DNA of 35,596 nucleotides from Hyphomicrobiales bacterium (GCA_900299065.1 OMIJ01000060.1:1-35596); one strand, 5' to 3'; positions 17,987-28,264 are shown, numbered from the stretch's first letter. Numbers and translations are program-made. The notes: a model not told the origin generated them from the letters alone.

Positions 17987-19843
17987 TTATCCTTTGAACT
18001 TGGGCCTGAATGAAAAATCAATGGCCGCGGCCCGCAAGACAGGCTCCATTTGTCGTGCCATGTCCGGCGTACAAACCTGGCCGGGAGGAGACATGACGAA
18101 GGTGCGATCAATCTTCAACACTTGGCCGTCCAACAGATAATGTGAAGTATATTGAGCATAAGCCCCCGATTTGGTGACGTTGCTCGGAATTATATCAAGC
18201 GTTTGACCGTCTGGAAGGGTCATCGTGACATAGTGTTGATAGGTGATTGCCCCACAGAGATAGTCTTGAGTTGTCTTGTCGCGGACAACCGCCAGACTGC
18301 GCATATAGGGAGGCAAAAAGAAGCGCGGACCATAAGGGATCGCATTGCGGTTTCCACCCGCGCCAAAAAACCGATTTTCTAGGTCAAAATGCGTCTCGAC
18401 CACATAGGGCTCGCTATGATCGAGAAAGTCTTTTGGAGCAATGCTGCCAATCCCCTTCCAATTTGTCGATTTAAGAAGCTCTTTTGCAAAATTATCATAG
18501 CCCTTCTGGCTAGCTATCGCCATATTTCTCCTTAGCTCGCTTGAAACTGGCCCTGAAGCCGAAGTGATGGCCTGACCCATCGCTGTTCCATTTGCTCTGA
18601 TTGAAACGTCGGAGGTAATCACGATGCGATTGGTGTCGGGCTTTAATGGTTCCGTTCGACTATCCACGACACCTTTATCTCCAACCCGAAGGATCTGCTT
18701 ATCAGCCTCCAGTATCGGTAAAATTCCAAATGGCGAGATATCCGAGGTTGGATCATCATAAAGATCAAATTCCGGAAGATATAAGATGACATGGTTGAAA
18801 AGATTGAACGGATTGTCGCGCGGCTTGTAGAGTGGTTGAAGGCTGATCAAAGCATAGTCTGCATCAATTCCTTTGACTGCGAGAAGTGCGCGCATCAGAG
18901 TTGTATGGTCTTTGCAATCACCATATTTATCTTTGGCGATAGCTTCTGCATCATGAGGCACGAATCCGCCATTGCCGAAATAAATTGCATAATAACGGAT
19001 ATTGCGAGTGACCCAATCGTGAATGGCTTTTGCTTGCTCACGTCGATCTGTTATGTCTTTGGTGATTTCATCTGCTAGCTTGATGAGGGCAGGCGTTGGC
19101 AGACTTTTCGGTTTTGCTTTATCAAAAAAGGCATTGGCGATAGTCGCTTTATCCGGATAACTTGAAAAAATCAGATGTGAATCCCGATCAAGAGATGATG
19201 TTGTTGCAGGTTCATCCGCGCGGAAAGGCTGCGGCCTCATCTGCCAATGATAAACACGCTTGTCATCCAAAGCCGTCACGACTTTGTCAAAACCTATAGC
19301 TTCGTCCTGAATTTCAATGTCTGCTGGAGTTGTGAGATTGAATTCAACCTCATCATATCGCAAGGAAGCGGTTACAGCAGACACGAATTGGAATCCACCC
19401 GGTAACGGATTAATCTTGGTGAGCGCTTTTCTTTTGTAATGAATCACGTCCCCAACTGCCACATCGGGAAAGACGATGGTCGTCAAACTGCTATCCGCCT
19501 CAAAAACACCCAGAAGCGCAGCATTGGGCAAAGTTGAGGTGAGGATTTTTTCGGGCGCGACATCGATTTTACGCCCATCCGGCTTCAACGTATAAGCCTC
19601 AAGCAAAGTCATATCTGTGAAATGCTTATTTGTCGGGATTATGATTTGACCAAATTTCTGAATCGCTGCCGCAGAGCCAATCACAATATCCTCAGTCCAC
19701 AAACTATCCAGTATGTCATGGGATCGCGCTTGAAAATCGGCTTTCAAGCGACGCGAAAATGGCGCGTCCTCCGCCGATGAGGGCTGGGGTGAGAGAGACA
19801 AGATGCAACCCAAAATAAGAAAACGAAATATGGCTGCTTTCAT
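17987..19843 (-). CDS. Secreted DUF3857 + transglutaminase-like domain protein
   Basis: Signal peptide (..PSSA-ED), EAYTLKPDG/IVFPDVAVGD (DUF3857-like), WV..NIRY, YGDCKDH (Cys), FNHVI (His), YDDPT (Asp). Confidence 0.85.
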   Translation of the reverse strand: MKAAIFRFLILGCILSLSPQPSSAEDAPFSRRLKADFQARSHDILDSLWTEDIVIGSAAAIQKFGQIIIPTNKHFTDMTLLEAYTLKPDGRKIDVAPEKILTSTLPNAALLGVFEADSSLTTIVFPDVAVGDVIHYKRKALTKINPLPGGFQFVSAVTASLRYDEVEFNLTTPADIEIQDEAIGFDKVVTALDDKRVYHWQMRPQPFRADEPATTSSLDRDSHLIFSSYPDKATIANAFFDKAKPKSLPTPALIKLADEITKDITDRREQAKAIHDWVTRNIRYYAIYFGNGGFVPHDAEAIAKDKYGDCKDHTTLMRALLAVKGIDADYALISLQPLYKPRDNPFNLFNHVILYLPEFDLYDDPTSDISPFGILPILEADKQILRVGDKGVVDSRTEPLKPDTNRIVITSDVSIRANGTAMGQAITSASGPVSSELRRNMAIASQKGYDNFAKELLKSTNWKGIGSIAPKDFLDHSEPYVVETHFDLENRFFGAGGNRNAIPYGPRFFLPPYMRSLAVVRDKTTQDYLCGAITYQHYVTMTLPDGQTLDIIPSNVTKSGAYAQYTSHYLLDGQVLKIDRTFVMSPPGQVCTPDMARQMEPVLRAAAIDFSFRPKFKG

Positions 19844-20150
19844 GGCTTTGCCTCAAAAATTCATGAATTCAAATTTCATATTTCAAATAATCAAAGAAGA
19901 GTAAGTCAGTTCCGGCATGCTGTCCATTGCTTTTGTCTTCTTTTGGCTTCGTCCATGATCAAGCTGATATATCTCCGATCACATTGAACACAGGTTTTGT
20001 AACATTGAAGTCACACACTATCCTTCAGCCTGGGCAGACACAGACGCCAATATTGTTCCCGGCGCTATGCGCCCGATCACTCCGATGGAACACTGATCAA
20101 ACCTGATGCTGAACTAAAGCTTGCACAGGCACTGGAAAATAGTGAAAAAA

Positions 20151-20226
20151 TGGTGCCGCAAGAGGGACTCGAACCCCCGACCCCCTCATTACGAATGAGG
20201 TGCGCTACCAGCTGTGCCATTGCGGC
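20151..20226 (-). tRNA. tRNA-Thr (CGT)
   Basis: 76-nt cloverleaf GCCGCAA...CCTCA-TTCGTAA-TGAGG...TTCGA...TTGCGGC-ACCA with encoded CCA. Confidence 0.96.
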
Positions 20227-20329
20227 GACACGCTGGTTTCTTAGCTCAGGGGCTATGGATTTTCTACCCATTTTTTGCCCCGATCCCTGGGCGCGGCTCG
20301 AGGGCAAAAGGGGGCCGAGTCGCAATTTC

Positions 20330-20358
20330 TTGACAGTCTGAGCCCTGTCCCCTAAATA
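20330..20358 (+). promoter_or_regulatory. Sigma70 promoter for rpmB
   Basis: TTGACA-N17-TAAATA. Confidence 0.65.
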
Positions 20359-20494
20359 CCTTCATCCCATTTCGGGCGCTGGTCCAAAATGGCCCTTGAG
20401 GCCATTCTGTCAGGATTTGCGGGTTCTCCCGCAGCCGATCTCGCCCAACCGGCCTGCCCCGCGCTTGCCCGGCTCTCTGCTGAAAGGAAGTCCC

Positions 20495-20788
20495 ATGTCC
20501 CGTCGTTGTGAACTGACCGGCAAAGCCGTTCAGGTTGGCCACAAGGTGAGCCATTCCAACCACAAGACCAAGAAGCGGTTTTTGCCCAATCTGTGCAATG
20601 TCACATTGATCTCGGATACTCTGGCCCGCTCGGTCAGCCTGCGCGTGACAGCCTCTGCTCTGCGCTCAGTTGAGCATCGTGGCGGTCTTGACGCTTATCT
20701 GCTCAAGGCGCGTGATACAGATCTCTCGCATGGCGCTCTCACAATTAAGCGCGACATTGTTAAAAAGCAGGCTCAGGCCGCCGCCTGA
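20495..20788 (+). CDS. rpmB: 50S ribosomal protein L28
   Basis: [41 protein letters not shown]. Confidence 0.97.
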   Translation: MSRRCELTGKAVQVGHKVSHSNHKTKKRFLPNLCNVTLISDTLARSVSLRVTASALRSVEHRGGLDAYLLKARDTDLSHGALTIKRDIVKKQAQAAA

Positions 20789-20816
20789 ATTTAAGTTCTG
20801 CTGATTAAAAGACTTC

Positions 20817-20847
20817 AACGCGGCGTAATTACGCCGCGTTTTATTTT
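20817..20847 (+). terminator. Rho-independent terminator between convergent rpmB and cobT
   Basis: Perfect 24-bp palindrome AACGCGGCGTAATTACGCCGCGTT followed by TTATTTT. Confidence 0.8.
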
Positions 20848-20870
20848 GCTCGTCGCATATTGCCCTGCTC

Positions 20871-22907
20871 TTAGATCCGAGCCCGCGAATGAGATGTCGG
20901 CATGGAGGAAGTTGTCACTGGCCTTGTTGTCCCAGTTTTGACAGATCCTGCTTTGACAGATCCAGCTTTGGCAGACGCCGTCTGAAACGCGCCGGATGCT
21001 GGCTTTGGCCGCCGTGCCGGTGTTGCCGCAGGACCATCCGTCTCAGAGAATAATTCTGCTAATTTGTCGGTCATAGCGCCGCCAAGCTCTTCGGCATCAA
21101 CAATCGTCACGGCACGCTTGTAATAACGTGTCACATCATGGCCAATGCCAATTGCAATCAATTCGACTGAGGATCTGTTCTCGATCTCGTCAATTACATG
21201 GCGCAAATGGCGCTCAAGATAATTACCCGGATTGACGGAGAGTGTGGAATCATCAACCGGCGCGCCATCCGAGATCATCATCAAAATGCGACGCTGTTCC
21301 GGGCGCGCAAGCAGGCGTTTAAAGGCCCAATCCAGAGCCTCGCCATCAATGTTTTCTTTCAGCAGACCTTCGCGCATCATCAGGCCAAGATTGCGCCGCG
21401 CACGCCGCCAAGGCGCGTCAGCATTTTTATAAATGATGTGACGCAGATCATTGAGGCGGCCAGGATTAGCGGGCTTGCCTGATTGCAGCCAGAGATCCCG
21501 CGATTGCCCGCCCTTCCAGGCCCGCGTGGTAAAGCCGAGAATCTCAACTTTGACGCCGCAACGCTCCAGAGTGCGCGCCAGAATATCGGCGCAAGTTGCC
21601 GCAACAGTAATCGGACGCCCGCGCATGGAACCTGAATTGTCCAACAGCAGAGTCACCACTGTATCGCGGAAATTCATATCCTTTTCACGCTTAAACGACA
21701 AAGGTTGCTGCGGATCGACAATCACGCGGGACAAACGTGCAGGATCCAGCTGGCCTTCTTCAAGATCAAATTCCCAGGCTCTGTTTTGCTGCGCCATCAA
21801 ACGGCGTTGCAAACGATTGGCAAGTCGCGCCACAACAGAGGAGAGATTTTGCAATTGCTTATCGAGATAAGCGCGCAGACGATCAAGCTCATCAGCCTCG
21901 CACAAATCCTCAGCTGGAATAATTTCATCAAAGCGATTGACATAGGCTTTGTAATCGGGCCCGCGCACCTCCTGGGCACCGCTCATAGGCGCGCGACGAC
22001 TTTCTGCCGCTTCATCCGCATCGCCCATATCGCCATCTTCTGGCATTTCACCCGATGGCGCATCCTCCGATTCCATGGCGCCTTCTTCATCCATGTCATC
22101 TTCGCTCTGCTCGGCCTTTTCCATTTTCATGGAATCGCCCGATTCATCCTGCTCGCCATCCCCTTCCTGCTCTTCAGGATTGGGATCAGATTCATCATCG
22201 CCAGCTTCTTCGCCCGTATCATCATGATCGGAAGCCGCTTCATCCATCATCTCAAGCGAGCGCAAAAGCTTATGAATAGATTTGCCAAAATTGCGCTGAT
22301 CTTCAAGATTTGTGCTCAGCAAATCGAGATCACCGCCGCCCTTTTGCTCGATCCAGCCGCGCCAGATATCAACCAGCCTTTGTGCAGCAGGCGGCGGCGC
22401 CAAACCGGTCAGGCGTTCACGCACCAACAGTGCAACAGCCTCTTCCAGCGGCGCATCGGCACGATCCGTCACATCGGCAAAATTACCACGATGGAATTTA
22501 TCATCGAGCATGGCAGATAAATTACCCGCCACGCCCTGCATGCGCAGAGCGCCAATCGCTTCTACACGCGCTTGCTCCACCGCATCAAAGACAGCGCGCG
22601 CGGGCGCATTCTGCGGGGCAAGCTTGCGATGTACATTGGTATCATGACAAGCAAGCCGCAGCGCCAGTGAATCACCATGACCACGCACAATCGCAATTTC
22701 CTGCTGAGTCAAGCGGCGCGCCGGTTCTGGCAGACGCGCTTTGGCATGATCGCCCGATCCAATTAGCGAGGGCTTGTCGGCCGCATAGACCACTTCCAGC
22801 TCAGGCGCACGGGCCATAGCGCGCATGCAATTGGCAACGGCACGCTTGAAGGGCTCTTGCGGTGCCTCTGATTTGCCGGCTGGCTTGCGATTACTGGGTG
22901 TGCTCAT
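20871..22907 (-). CDS. cobT: Aerobic cobaltochelatase subunit CobT
   Basis: [10 protein letters not shown], acidic linker, [10 protein letters not shown], v[36 protein letters not shown]; downstream of cobS. Confidence 0.95.
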   Translation of the reverse strand: MSTPSNRKPAGKSEAPQEPFKRAVANCMRAMARAPELEVVYAADKPSLIGSGDHAKARLPEPARRLTQQEIAIVRGHGDSLALRLACHDTNVHRKLAPQNAPARAVFDAVEQARVEAIGALRMQGVAGNLSAMLDDKFHRGNFADVTDRADAPLEEAVALLVRERLTGLAPPPAAQRLVDIWRGWIEQKGGGDLDLLSTNLEDQRNFGKSIHKLLRSLEMMDEAASDHDDTGEEAGDDESDPNPEEQEGDGEQDESGDSMKMEKAEQSEDDMDEEGAMESEDAPSGEMPEDGDMGDADEAAESRRAPMSGAQEVRGPDYKAYVNRFDEIIPAEDLCEADELDRLRAYLDKQLQNLSSVVARLANRLQRRLMAQQNRAWEFDLEEGQLDPARLSRVIVDPQQPLSFKREKDMNFRDTVVTLLLDNSGSMRGRPITVAATCADILARTLERCGVKVEILGFTTRAWKGGQSRDLWLQSGKPANPGRLNDLRHIIYKNADAPWRRARRNLGLMMREGLLKENIDGEALDWAFKRLLARPEQRRILMMISDGAPVDDSTLSVNPGNYLERHLRHVIDEIENRSSVELIAIGIGHDVTRYYKRAVTIVDAEELGGAMTDKLAELFSETDGPAATPARRPKPASGAFQTASAKAGSVKAGSVKTGTTRPVTTSSMPTSHSRARI
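20932..20976. repeat. Three imperfect 15-bp tandem repeats in cobT C-terminal tail
   Basis: CCAGTTTTGACAGAT CCTGCTTTGACAGAT CCAGCTTTGGCAGAC encoding [15 protein letters not shown]. Confidence 0.7.
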
Positions 22908-22972
22908 GACGGATCGACTGAACCAGAGGATGGGCGTTCGAGAGGAGACAATGGGCGCAGGACGCGCCCATT

Positions 22973-23959
22973 TTAGCTCAAGGCAATATTGGCAGCGCTT
23001 TCCGGCAAGTCCTGCCCAAAGCAACGCTGATAGAATTCGGCGACGAGCGCGCGTTCCAATTCATCGCATTTGTTCAGAAAGGTCAGACGGAAGGCAAAGC
23101 CAATATCTTTGAAAATATCAGCATTCTCTGCCCAAGTGATGACCGTGCGGGGTGACATCACCGTCGAGAGATCCCCAGCCATAAAGGCATTGCGCGTGAG
23201 ATCGGCAACACGCACCATTTTATTGATGATATCGCGACCCTCTTTGCCTTTGTAATGTGGTGCCTTGGCCGCAACGATATCAACTTCCTTATCATGCGCC
23301 AGATAATTGAGCACAGTAACAATCGACCAGCGATCCATCTGTCCCTGATTGATCTGTTGCGTTCCGTGATAAAGGCCCGATGTATCGCCCAGTCCAACCG
23401 TATTGGCTGTTGCAAATAAACGGAACGCAGGATGCGGACGAATGACGCGATTTTGATCAAGCAAAGTCAGACGACCTGAAATTTCCAAAACGCGCTGAAT
23501 GACAAACATGACATCGGGACGGCCCGCATCATATTCATCAAAGCACAAGGCAATGTTGTTCTGCAAAGCCCATGGCAAAATGCCATCGCGAAATTCCGTG
23601 ATCTGCTTGCCATCCTTGAGCACAATGGCATCCTTGCCCACCAGATCAATACGCGAAATATGACTGTCGAGATTGATGCGCACGCAAGGCCAATTCAATC
23701 GTGCAGCGACCTGCTCAATATGCGTAGATTTGCCAGTGCCATGATAGCCCGTGACCATAACGCGGCGATTGCGCGCAAAGCCGGCGAGAATTGCCAGCGT
23801 CGTCTGCGGATCAAAGAGATAATCAGGATCGAGATCGGGCACATGCTCGCTCGATTGCTTATAGGCAGGCACCTGCATATCGGAATCGATTTTGAAAACC
23901 TCACGCACCGATACTTTTGTATCGGGCATGCCAGCAACGGTTTTACTTTCTTTTTGCAT
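22973..23959 (-). CDS. cobS: Aerobic cobaltochelatase subunit CobS (AAA+)
   Basis: [47 protein letters not shown]; GGAGG before ATG 23959. Confidence 0.96.
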   Translation of the reverse strand: MQKESKTVAGMPDTKVSVREVFKIDSDMQVPAYKQSSEHVPDLDPDYLFDPQTTLAILAGFARNRRVMVTGYHGTGKSTHIEQVAARLNWPCVRINLDSHISRIDLVGKDAIVLKDGKQITEFRDGILPWALQNNIALCFDEYDAGRPDVMFVIQRVLEISGRLTLLDQNRVIRPHPAFRLFATANTVGLGDTSGLYHGTQQINQGQMDRWSIVTVLNYLAHDKEVDIVAAKAPHYKGKEGRDIINKMVRVADLTRNAFMAGDLSTVMSPRTVITWAENADIFKDIGFAFRLTFLNKCDELERALVAEFYQRCFGQDLPESAANIALS

Positions 23960-24078
23960 CAATCCTCCGTTTCCGTGGTCTTGCCTTGGCAATAGCCAAG
24001 GGCTCTCCCAGCGGTCGGTTTGGGCCAGAGGCCCCGTCGTGAAATCCAGCCTGATGCGCCAAGCTCGCCAAAGCCCGG

Positions 24079-24672
24079 CTAACCAAGACCAGATGATTTG
24101 AGTTGTTTATAGGCCTGAATGATCTCGCGCAATTTGTCTTCGGTGGAGCGATCCCCGCCATTGGCATCGGGATGATGGCGTTTGACCAGCTCCTTATATC
24201 TGGTCTTTATGGTCTCGGGTGTGGCCGTCTCATCAAGACCCAATATGGACAAGGATTTAATCGCCACCACACCATAGCGGGGCTGGCGGGCCTCAGGGGC
24301 TTTAGGGCCCGTTTTTCGGCCAAAAATGCCCAGAGGATCGGCAAATCCATTGCCATCGGGCCCCGGATCGGCAGCGTTCTTTTTCGCCCCCATAGCCCAG
24401 GTGGGACGATGACCAAGCATAGCCTCTTTTTGATATTTGGCCACGGCATCATCGCTCATGCCATTGAAATAATTATATGTTTGATTGTATTCGCGGACAT
24501 GCTCAAGGCAAAAAAGGAAATATTGCCCCTCGCGCAGCCGCCCCATGGGGGCGCGAAACTCGCCAAAATTCTGGCAACCGGGATGATTGCAGACATTCTG
24601 CGGCGCAGGTTCTGGTTCTTGCGGCTTTGATTTGACGCGAATACGATCGAAAAGGCGCGAATTTAGATTCAT
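24079..24672 (-). CDS. DnaJ-domain protein (C-terminal J domain) of the cobS-linked alphaproteobacterial family
   Basis: C..PGC...[30 protein letters not shown] (HPD motif). Confidence 0.9.
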   Translation of the reverse strand: MNLNSRLFDRIRVKSKPQEPEPAPQNVCNHPGCQNFGEFRAPMGRLREGQYFLFCLEHVREYNQTYNYFNGMSDDAVAKYQKEAMLGHRPTWAMGAKKNAADPGPDGNGFADPLGIFGRKTGPKAPEARQPRYGVVAIKSLSILGLDETATPETIKTRYKELVKRHHPDANGGDRSTEDKLREIIQAYKQLKSSGLG

Positions 24673-24819
24673 GATCCAGACTTTAGGAGCGAGCACCAAT
24701 ACCCGCAAGACTAAGGGGCTCAAACAAGGCCTTGAGACGAAGTCGCGGAGTCTACATCATCTGTCGGACTTTTGCAGCAAGTTCGCTTACAGACTGTCAA
24801 GATTTTAACGCAGGACAAA

Positions 24820-25107
24820 ATGATGAGTGTGAAAGAGCAAATGACGCAAAAGCTGACCAGGGCACTAACCCCCAGCCTGCTCATTGTTAATGATGATTCT
24901 CATCATCATGCCGGACATTTGGAACATCCGGGCGGCGTTGCACCAAGAGGCGAGACGCATTTCTCCATTAAGATCATAGCACAAGGCTTTTCAGGTCAAA
25001 GCCGGATCCAGCGCCATCGTCTCATTCACAGCTTGCTACAAACCGAGCTCACCTCCGGCGTGCATGCGCTGGCAATTGATGCCAAAGCACCTGAGGAAGT
25101 GAATTGA
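24820..25107 (+). CDS. bolA: BolA family protein
   Basis: DDSHHHAGH, GETHF, F.G.SRIQRHR, GVHALAI. Confidence 0.92.
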   Translation: MMSVKEQMTQKLTRALTPSLLIVNDDSHHHAGHLEHPGGVAPRGETHFSIKIIAQGFSGQSRIQRHRLIHSLLQTELTSGVHALAIDAKAPEEVN

Positions 25108-25227
25108 GTTCAAGTCTTTAAATGGCCATCATGTCTTGCTTGGTGCAAGCGCCACGCTTTACCTCACGCCAGCCACGCATTAGGAAGATCAGCATTGAGC
25201 CGATCTCGCGAATCAGACGGAAGATGG

Positions 25228-26565
25228 ATGATCAACGCACTCAAATCCATATTGGCACTTTGCGCCAGCCTTCCTCTGATCCTCACACAGTCCCCTGCCG
25301 CAGAACTCAATCCCAGCCTGATTGTAGATGTAGCGAATGGCGATGTGCTGCATGAAGAGGGCGCAAGCCTGCCCTGGTATCCCGCCTCTTTAACCAAATT
25401 AATGACCGTCTATGTCACGTTAAACGCAATCAAAGCTGGCCGCATCACATGGGAGACACCGCTACTCGTCTCGCAACGCGCCGCACGCATGCCACCCTCG
25501 AAAATGGGGTTCAAACCCGGCACAGAAGTCATACTCGATAATGCGCTCAAAATGCTGATGGTTAAATCAGCCAATGATATTGCGATCACTGTGGCTGAAG
25601 GTGTCTCCGGCTCTGTCGAAGATTTTGCTGCAGAGATGAATGCTGCCGCCAAAAAACTTGGCATGCGTTATTCGCATTTTGTTAATCCCAATGGCTTGCA
25701 TGATGCAGGCCATGTCAGCTCGGCGCGCGATATGGCGCTTGTCGCACTGGCTTTGCTGCGAGAATTCCCGGAACAACGTTCACTTTATAATATTGGTGCT
25801 TTGAAACTCGATGGCCAGATCATTGCCACACATAATGGCATGCTAGGTCGCTATCCTGGTGCTGATGGCATGAAGACAGGCTTCACTTGCCCAGCCGGTT
25901 TTAATGTCGTGGTCAGCGCCACACAAAATAATCGGCAATTGATCGCCGTTATTCTCGGCTCGCCCAATGCCAAGGCGCGCAGCTTGAAAGCCATGGCCCT
26001 GCTGGAAGCAGGCTTTAAAACCAGCGGCTTTGGTCGGCCCAAAGTGAATAATCTGCCCTATCTGGGAGCCATTGCTGCGCCCAATCGCCGCCCAGATATT
26101 TGCGGGCGCAATCGCAGCCAGGATGCGGAAGAGGATTTCCCAATTCCCATAGCTGTCACAGCCCATGCACCCAATGGCTCGGATGAGACACCTGCCAATT
26201 TTTTTGCCGCAGGTGGCGCTGAGGTTCAACAAGTGAAGGCCTCTTCCTTGCTCTCTGGCCCAAGGCCCTCTTTCGTACCCGTTGACGTCTTCACAGGCCG
26301 CTTGCCGGGCTGGACGGGTATAGCCGCAGGCCCGCGCAATCAAGTCATGGCGCAAGCGCAAACCACGCCAGCCAAACCCTCGGCAATAAAGCAAGCAGCC
26401 AAGCCAATTCAGCCAAAAGCTAAGAAGTCAATGAAAGGCAAAAAGCCAAGCACTGCAAAAGCAGGCAAGGATAAGGTGAGTAAAAACACAACGAGCAAAG
26501 CCAAAGCACCAGGCAAAACCGCGCCTCCAACTTCAAAGACAGGCCTGCGTGGCTCCAAGGATTAG
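25228..26565 (+). CDS. D-alanyl-D-alanine carboxypeptidase (peptidase S11) with Lys-rich C-terminal tail
   Basis: PASLTKLMT (SxxK), KSAND (SxN), NPNGL, GMKTGF (KTG); signal peptide. Confidence 0.9.
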   Translation: MINALKSILALCASLPLILTQSPAAELNPSLIVDVANGDVLHEEGASLPWYPASLTKLMTVYVTLNAIKAGRITWETPLLVSQRAARMPPSKMGFKPGTEVILDNALKMLMVKSANDIAITVAEGVSGSVEDFAAEMNAAAKKLGMRYSHFVNPNGLHDAGHVSSARDMALVALALLREFPEQRSLYNIGALKLDGQIIATHNGMLGRYPGADGMKTGFTCPAGFNVVVSATQNNRQLIAVILGSPNAKARSLKAMALLEAGFKTSGFGRPKVNNLPYLGAIAAPNRRPDICGRNRSQDAEEDFPIPIAVTAHAPNGSDETPANFFAAGGAEVQQVKASSLLSGPRPSFVPVDVFTGRLPGWTGIAAGPRNQVMAQAQTTPAKPSAIKQAAKPIQPKAKKSMKGKKPSTAKAGKDKVSKNTTSKAKAPGKTAPPTSKTGLRGSKD

Positions 26566-26609
26566 GATTGAGCCCATGCCAGACCTGCATGAGCCCATCA
26601 AAAGGAGCG

Positions 26610-27752
26610 ATGATGTCTGATTCATCCATTCTCTCGCGCCGTCCGCCGCCGCCCATTCCTCTCACTGTTCTGACGGGCTTTCTGGGTGCAGGTAAAACAA
26701 GTCTGCTCAATCGTCTGCTACAAGATCCCGCCCTCGCCAATAGTCTCGTCATCATCAATGAATTTGGCGAAATTGGCCTTGATCATCTCTTCGTCGAAAA
26801 AGTCGATGGCGATATGATGATGATGTCCTCTGGCTGCCTGTGCTGCACAATACGCGGTGATCTTGTGGCAACGCTTGAAGATGCAATCCGCCGCCGCGAC
26901 AATGGCCGCATCAAGCCCTTTGATCGTGTTGTGATTGAAACCACGGGACTGGCCGATCCCGCGCCCGTGCTGCACACAATCATGTATCATCCATATCTGA
27001 TGCTGCGCTTTCGTCTCGAAGGTGTGATCTGTGTCGTTGATACCATTAATGGCGCGGCCACTTTGGATGTGCATGAAGAATCTTTGCGTCAAGCCGCTGT
27101 CGCAGATCGCATTGTGCTGACCAAGACTGATCTTCTATCTGATCCCTCTCTCGAACAGGATTTGCGCGCCCGCTTGCACAGCCTTAATCCTTCTGCACTT
27201 ATCTTCGATAATCAAAAGCCATTTGATCTCGGCAAGGAACTACTCGGCCTCGGACTTTATGATCCAGAAGGCAAACATCCTGATGTGAAACGCTGGCTCA
27301 ATGCTGAAGCATTTACACTCATGTCACCCAAACACGCCCATCAACACAGCCAAGATATGAATCGTCATGATGCACGCATCCGAGCTTTTTGTTTACGCAG
27401 TGAGCAAAGACCTTCGCCTGAATCCTTTCAGACATTTCTAACCTTGCTACGTGAAACCAATGGCCCTTCTTTGCTGCGCGTCAAAGGCATTGTTGCTTTA
27501 TCAGATGATCCTCAACGCCCCATTGTGATCCACGGTGTACAACATGTTTTTCATCCGCCGGTTCGCCTGGACCAATGGCCTGATGATGATCATTCCACAC
27601 GCATAGTTTTCATCCTGCGCGATCTGGAACCCGACTTTGTTGAAAAATTCTGGGCGCTCTTCACAGGCACGCCCAATATAGATCAGCCTGATAGCCAGGC
27701 GCTGAGCCATAATCCGCTCAAGCCCTCCTCCTCTGGTGGCTTGCTAGGCTAA
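26610..27752 (+). CDS. CobW/COG0523 family metal-chaperone GTPase
   Basis: GFLGAGKT, NEFGE, GCLCC, ETTGLADP, TKTD, His-containing linker, LLRVKG, HGVQH; GGAG before ATG. Confidence 0.92.
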   Translation: MMSDSSILSRRPPPPIPLTVLTGFLGAGKTSLLNRLLQDPALANSLVIINEFGEIGLDHLFVEKVDGDMMMMSSGCLCCTIRGDLVATLEDAIRRRDNGRIKPFDRVVIETTGLADPAPVLHTIMYHPYLMLRFRLEGVICVVDTINGAATLDVHEESLRQAAVADRIVLTKTDLLSDPSLEQDLRARLHSLNPSALIFDNQKPFDLGKELLGLGLYDPEGKHPDVKRWLNAEAFTLMSPKHAHQHSQDMNRHDARIRAFCLRSEQRPSPESFQTFLTLLRETNGPSLLRVKGIVALSDDPQRPIVIHGVQHVFHPPVRLDQWPDDDHSTRIVFILRDLEPDFVEKFWALFTGTPNIDQPDSQALSHNPLKPSSSGGLLG

Positions 27753-27992
27753 TCAGCCCTTCGCTTTAATCCAGAAGATTAACGTCTGCCCTTCGCGCAG
27801 CTGCGTTAAGAGCTTATGGCCTTCGCTTGCTATAAAATGGGGAATATCTATCTCGGACAGAGGATCTGTGGCCTCGACTTTAAGAATTTGCCCTGCTGTC
27901 AGACGCGCCAAAGCCTTACGCGTTTTCATGACAGGGATAGGACATTTGAGGCCCTTAAGATCCAGAGCATGATCACAGGCATTGATTGTCAT
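27753..27992 (-). CDS. tusA: Sulfurtransferase TusA/SirA family protein; start uncertain
   Basis: LDLKGLKCPIPV (CPxP), ATDP...DIPHF. Confidence 0.85.
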   Translation of the reverse strand: MTINACDHALDLKGLKCPIPVMKTRKALARLTAGQILKVEATDPLSEIDIPHFIASEGHKLLTQLREGQTLIFWIKAKG

Positions 27993-28188
27993 AGGTCCCG
28001 CCGCTTCGAACACTTGCCCCATCTTAATAAAGGGGGTGAAAGAGCAAATAAGATTAACCATCTAATTTAAAGCTATCTCTGAGTGCCGATTTGTAACATC
28101 TGCCTCAAATTTGCAAAGCATTTGATCTAATTCTCCCATCTGATCAGCCCGAGCTGCTCATTGTGCTCCATTTTCACACAAATACCGC

Positions 28189-28203
28189 TGGCACGGATCT
28201 TGT
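28189..28203 (+). promoter_or_regulatory. Putative sigma54 (-24/-12) promoter
   Basis: TGGCACG-GATC-TTGT versus consensus TGGCACG-N4-TTGC (one mismatch at -12). Confidence 0.5.
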
Positions 28204-28264
28204 CTCTACTGTCCCAGAGAGGCGGTCTTTCCGACCACACCAACGGCAAGAGATGGATCTGATC

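Larger units (their letters stand above)
17829..20200. mobile_element. tRNA-Thr-integrated genomic islet, 2322-bp repeat spacing, no integrase
   Basis: Flanked by intact tRNA and its duplicated 3' end; single cargo gene; AT-rich flanks; IHF-like site inside the distal end. Confidence 0.8.

Noticed and set aside
20027-20150. Possible decayed tyrosine-integrase C-terminus (LG..H/..RRYA-like) next to the tRNA
   Set aside because: Needs multiple assumed indels to resemble the LGH...Y box; too short to support without a tblastn/HMM search
20077-20563. Small ORFs overlapping the tRNA and antisense to rpmB (e.g. MVPQEGLEPPT)
   Set aside because: Shadow translations of the tRNA and rpmB sequences
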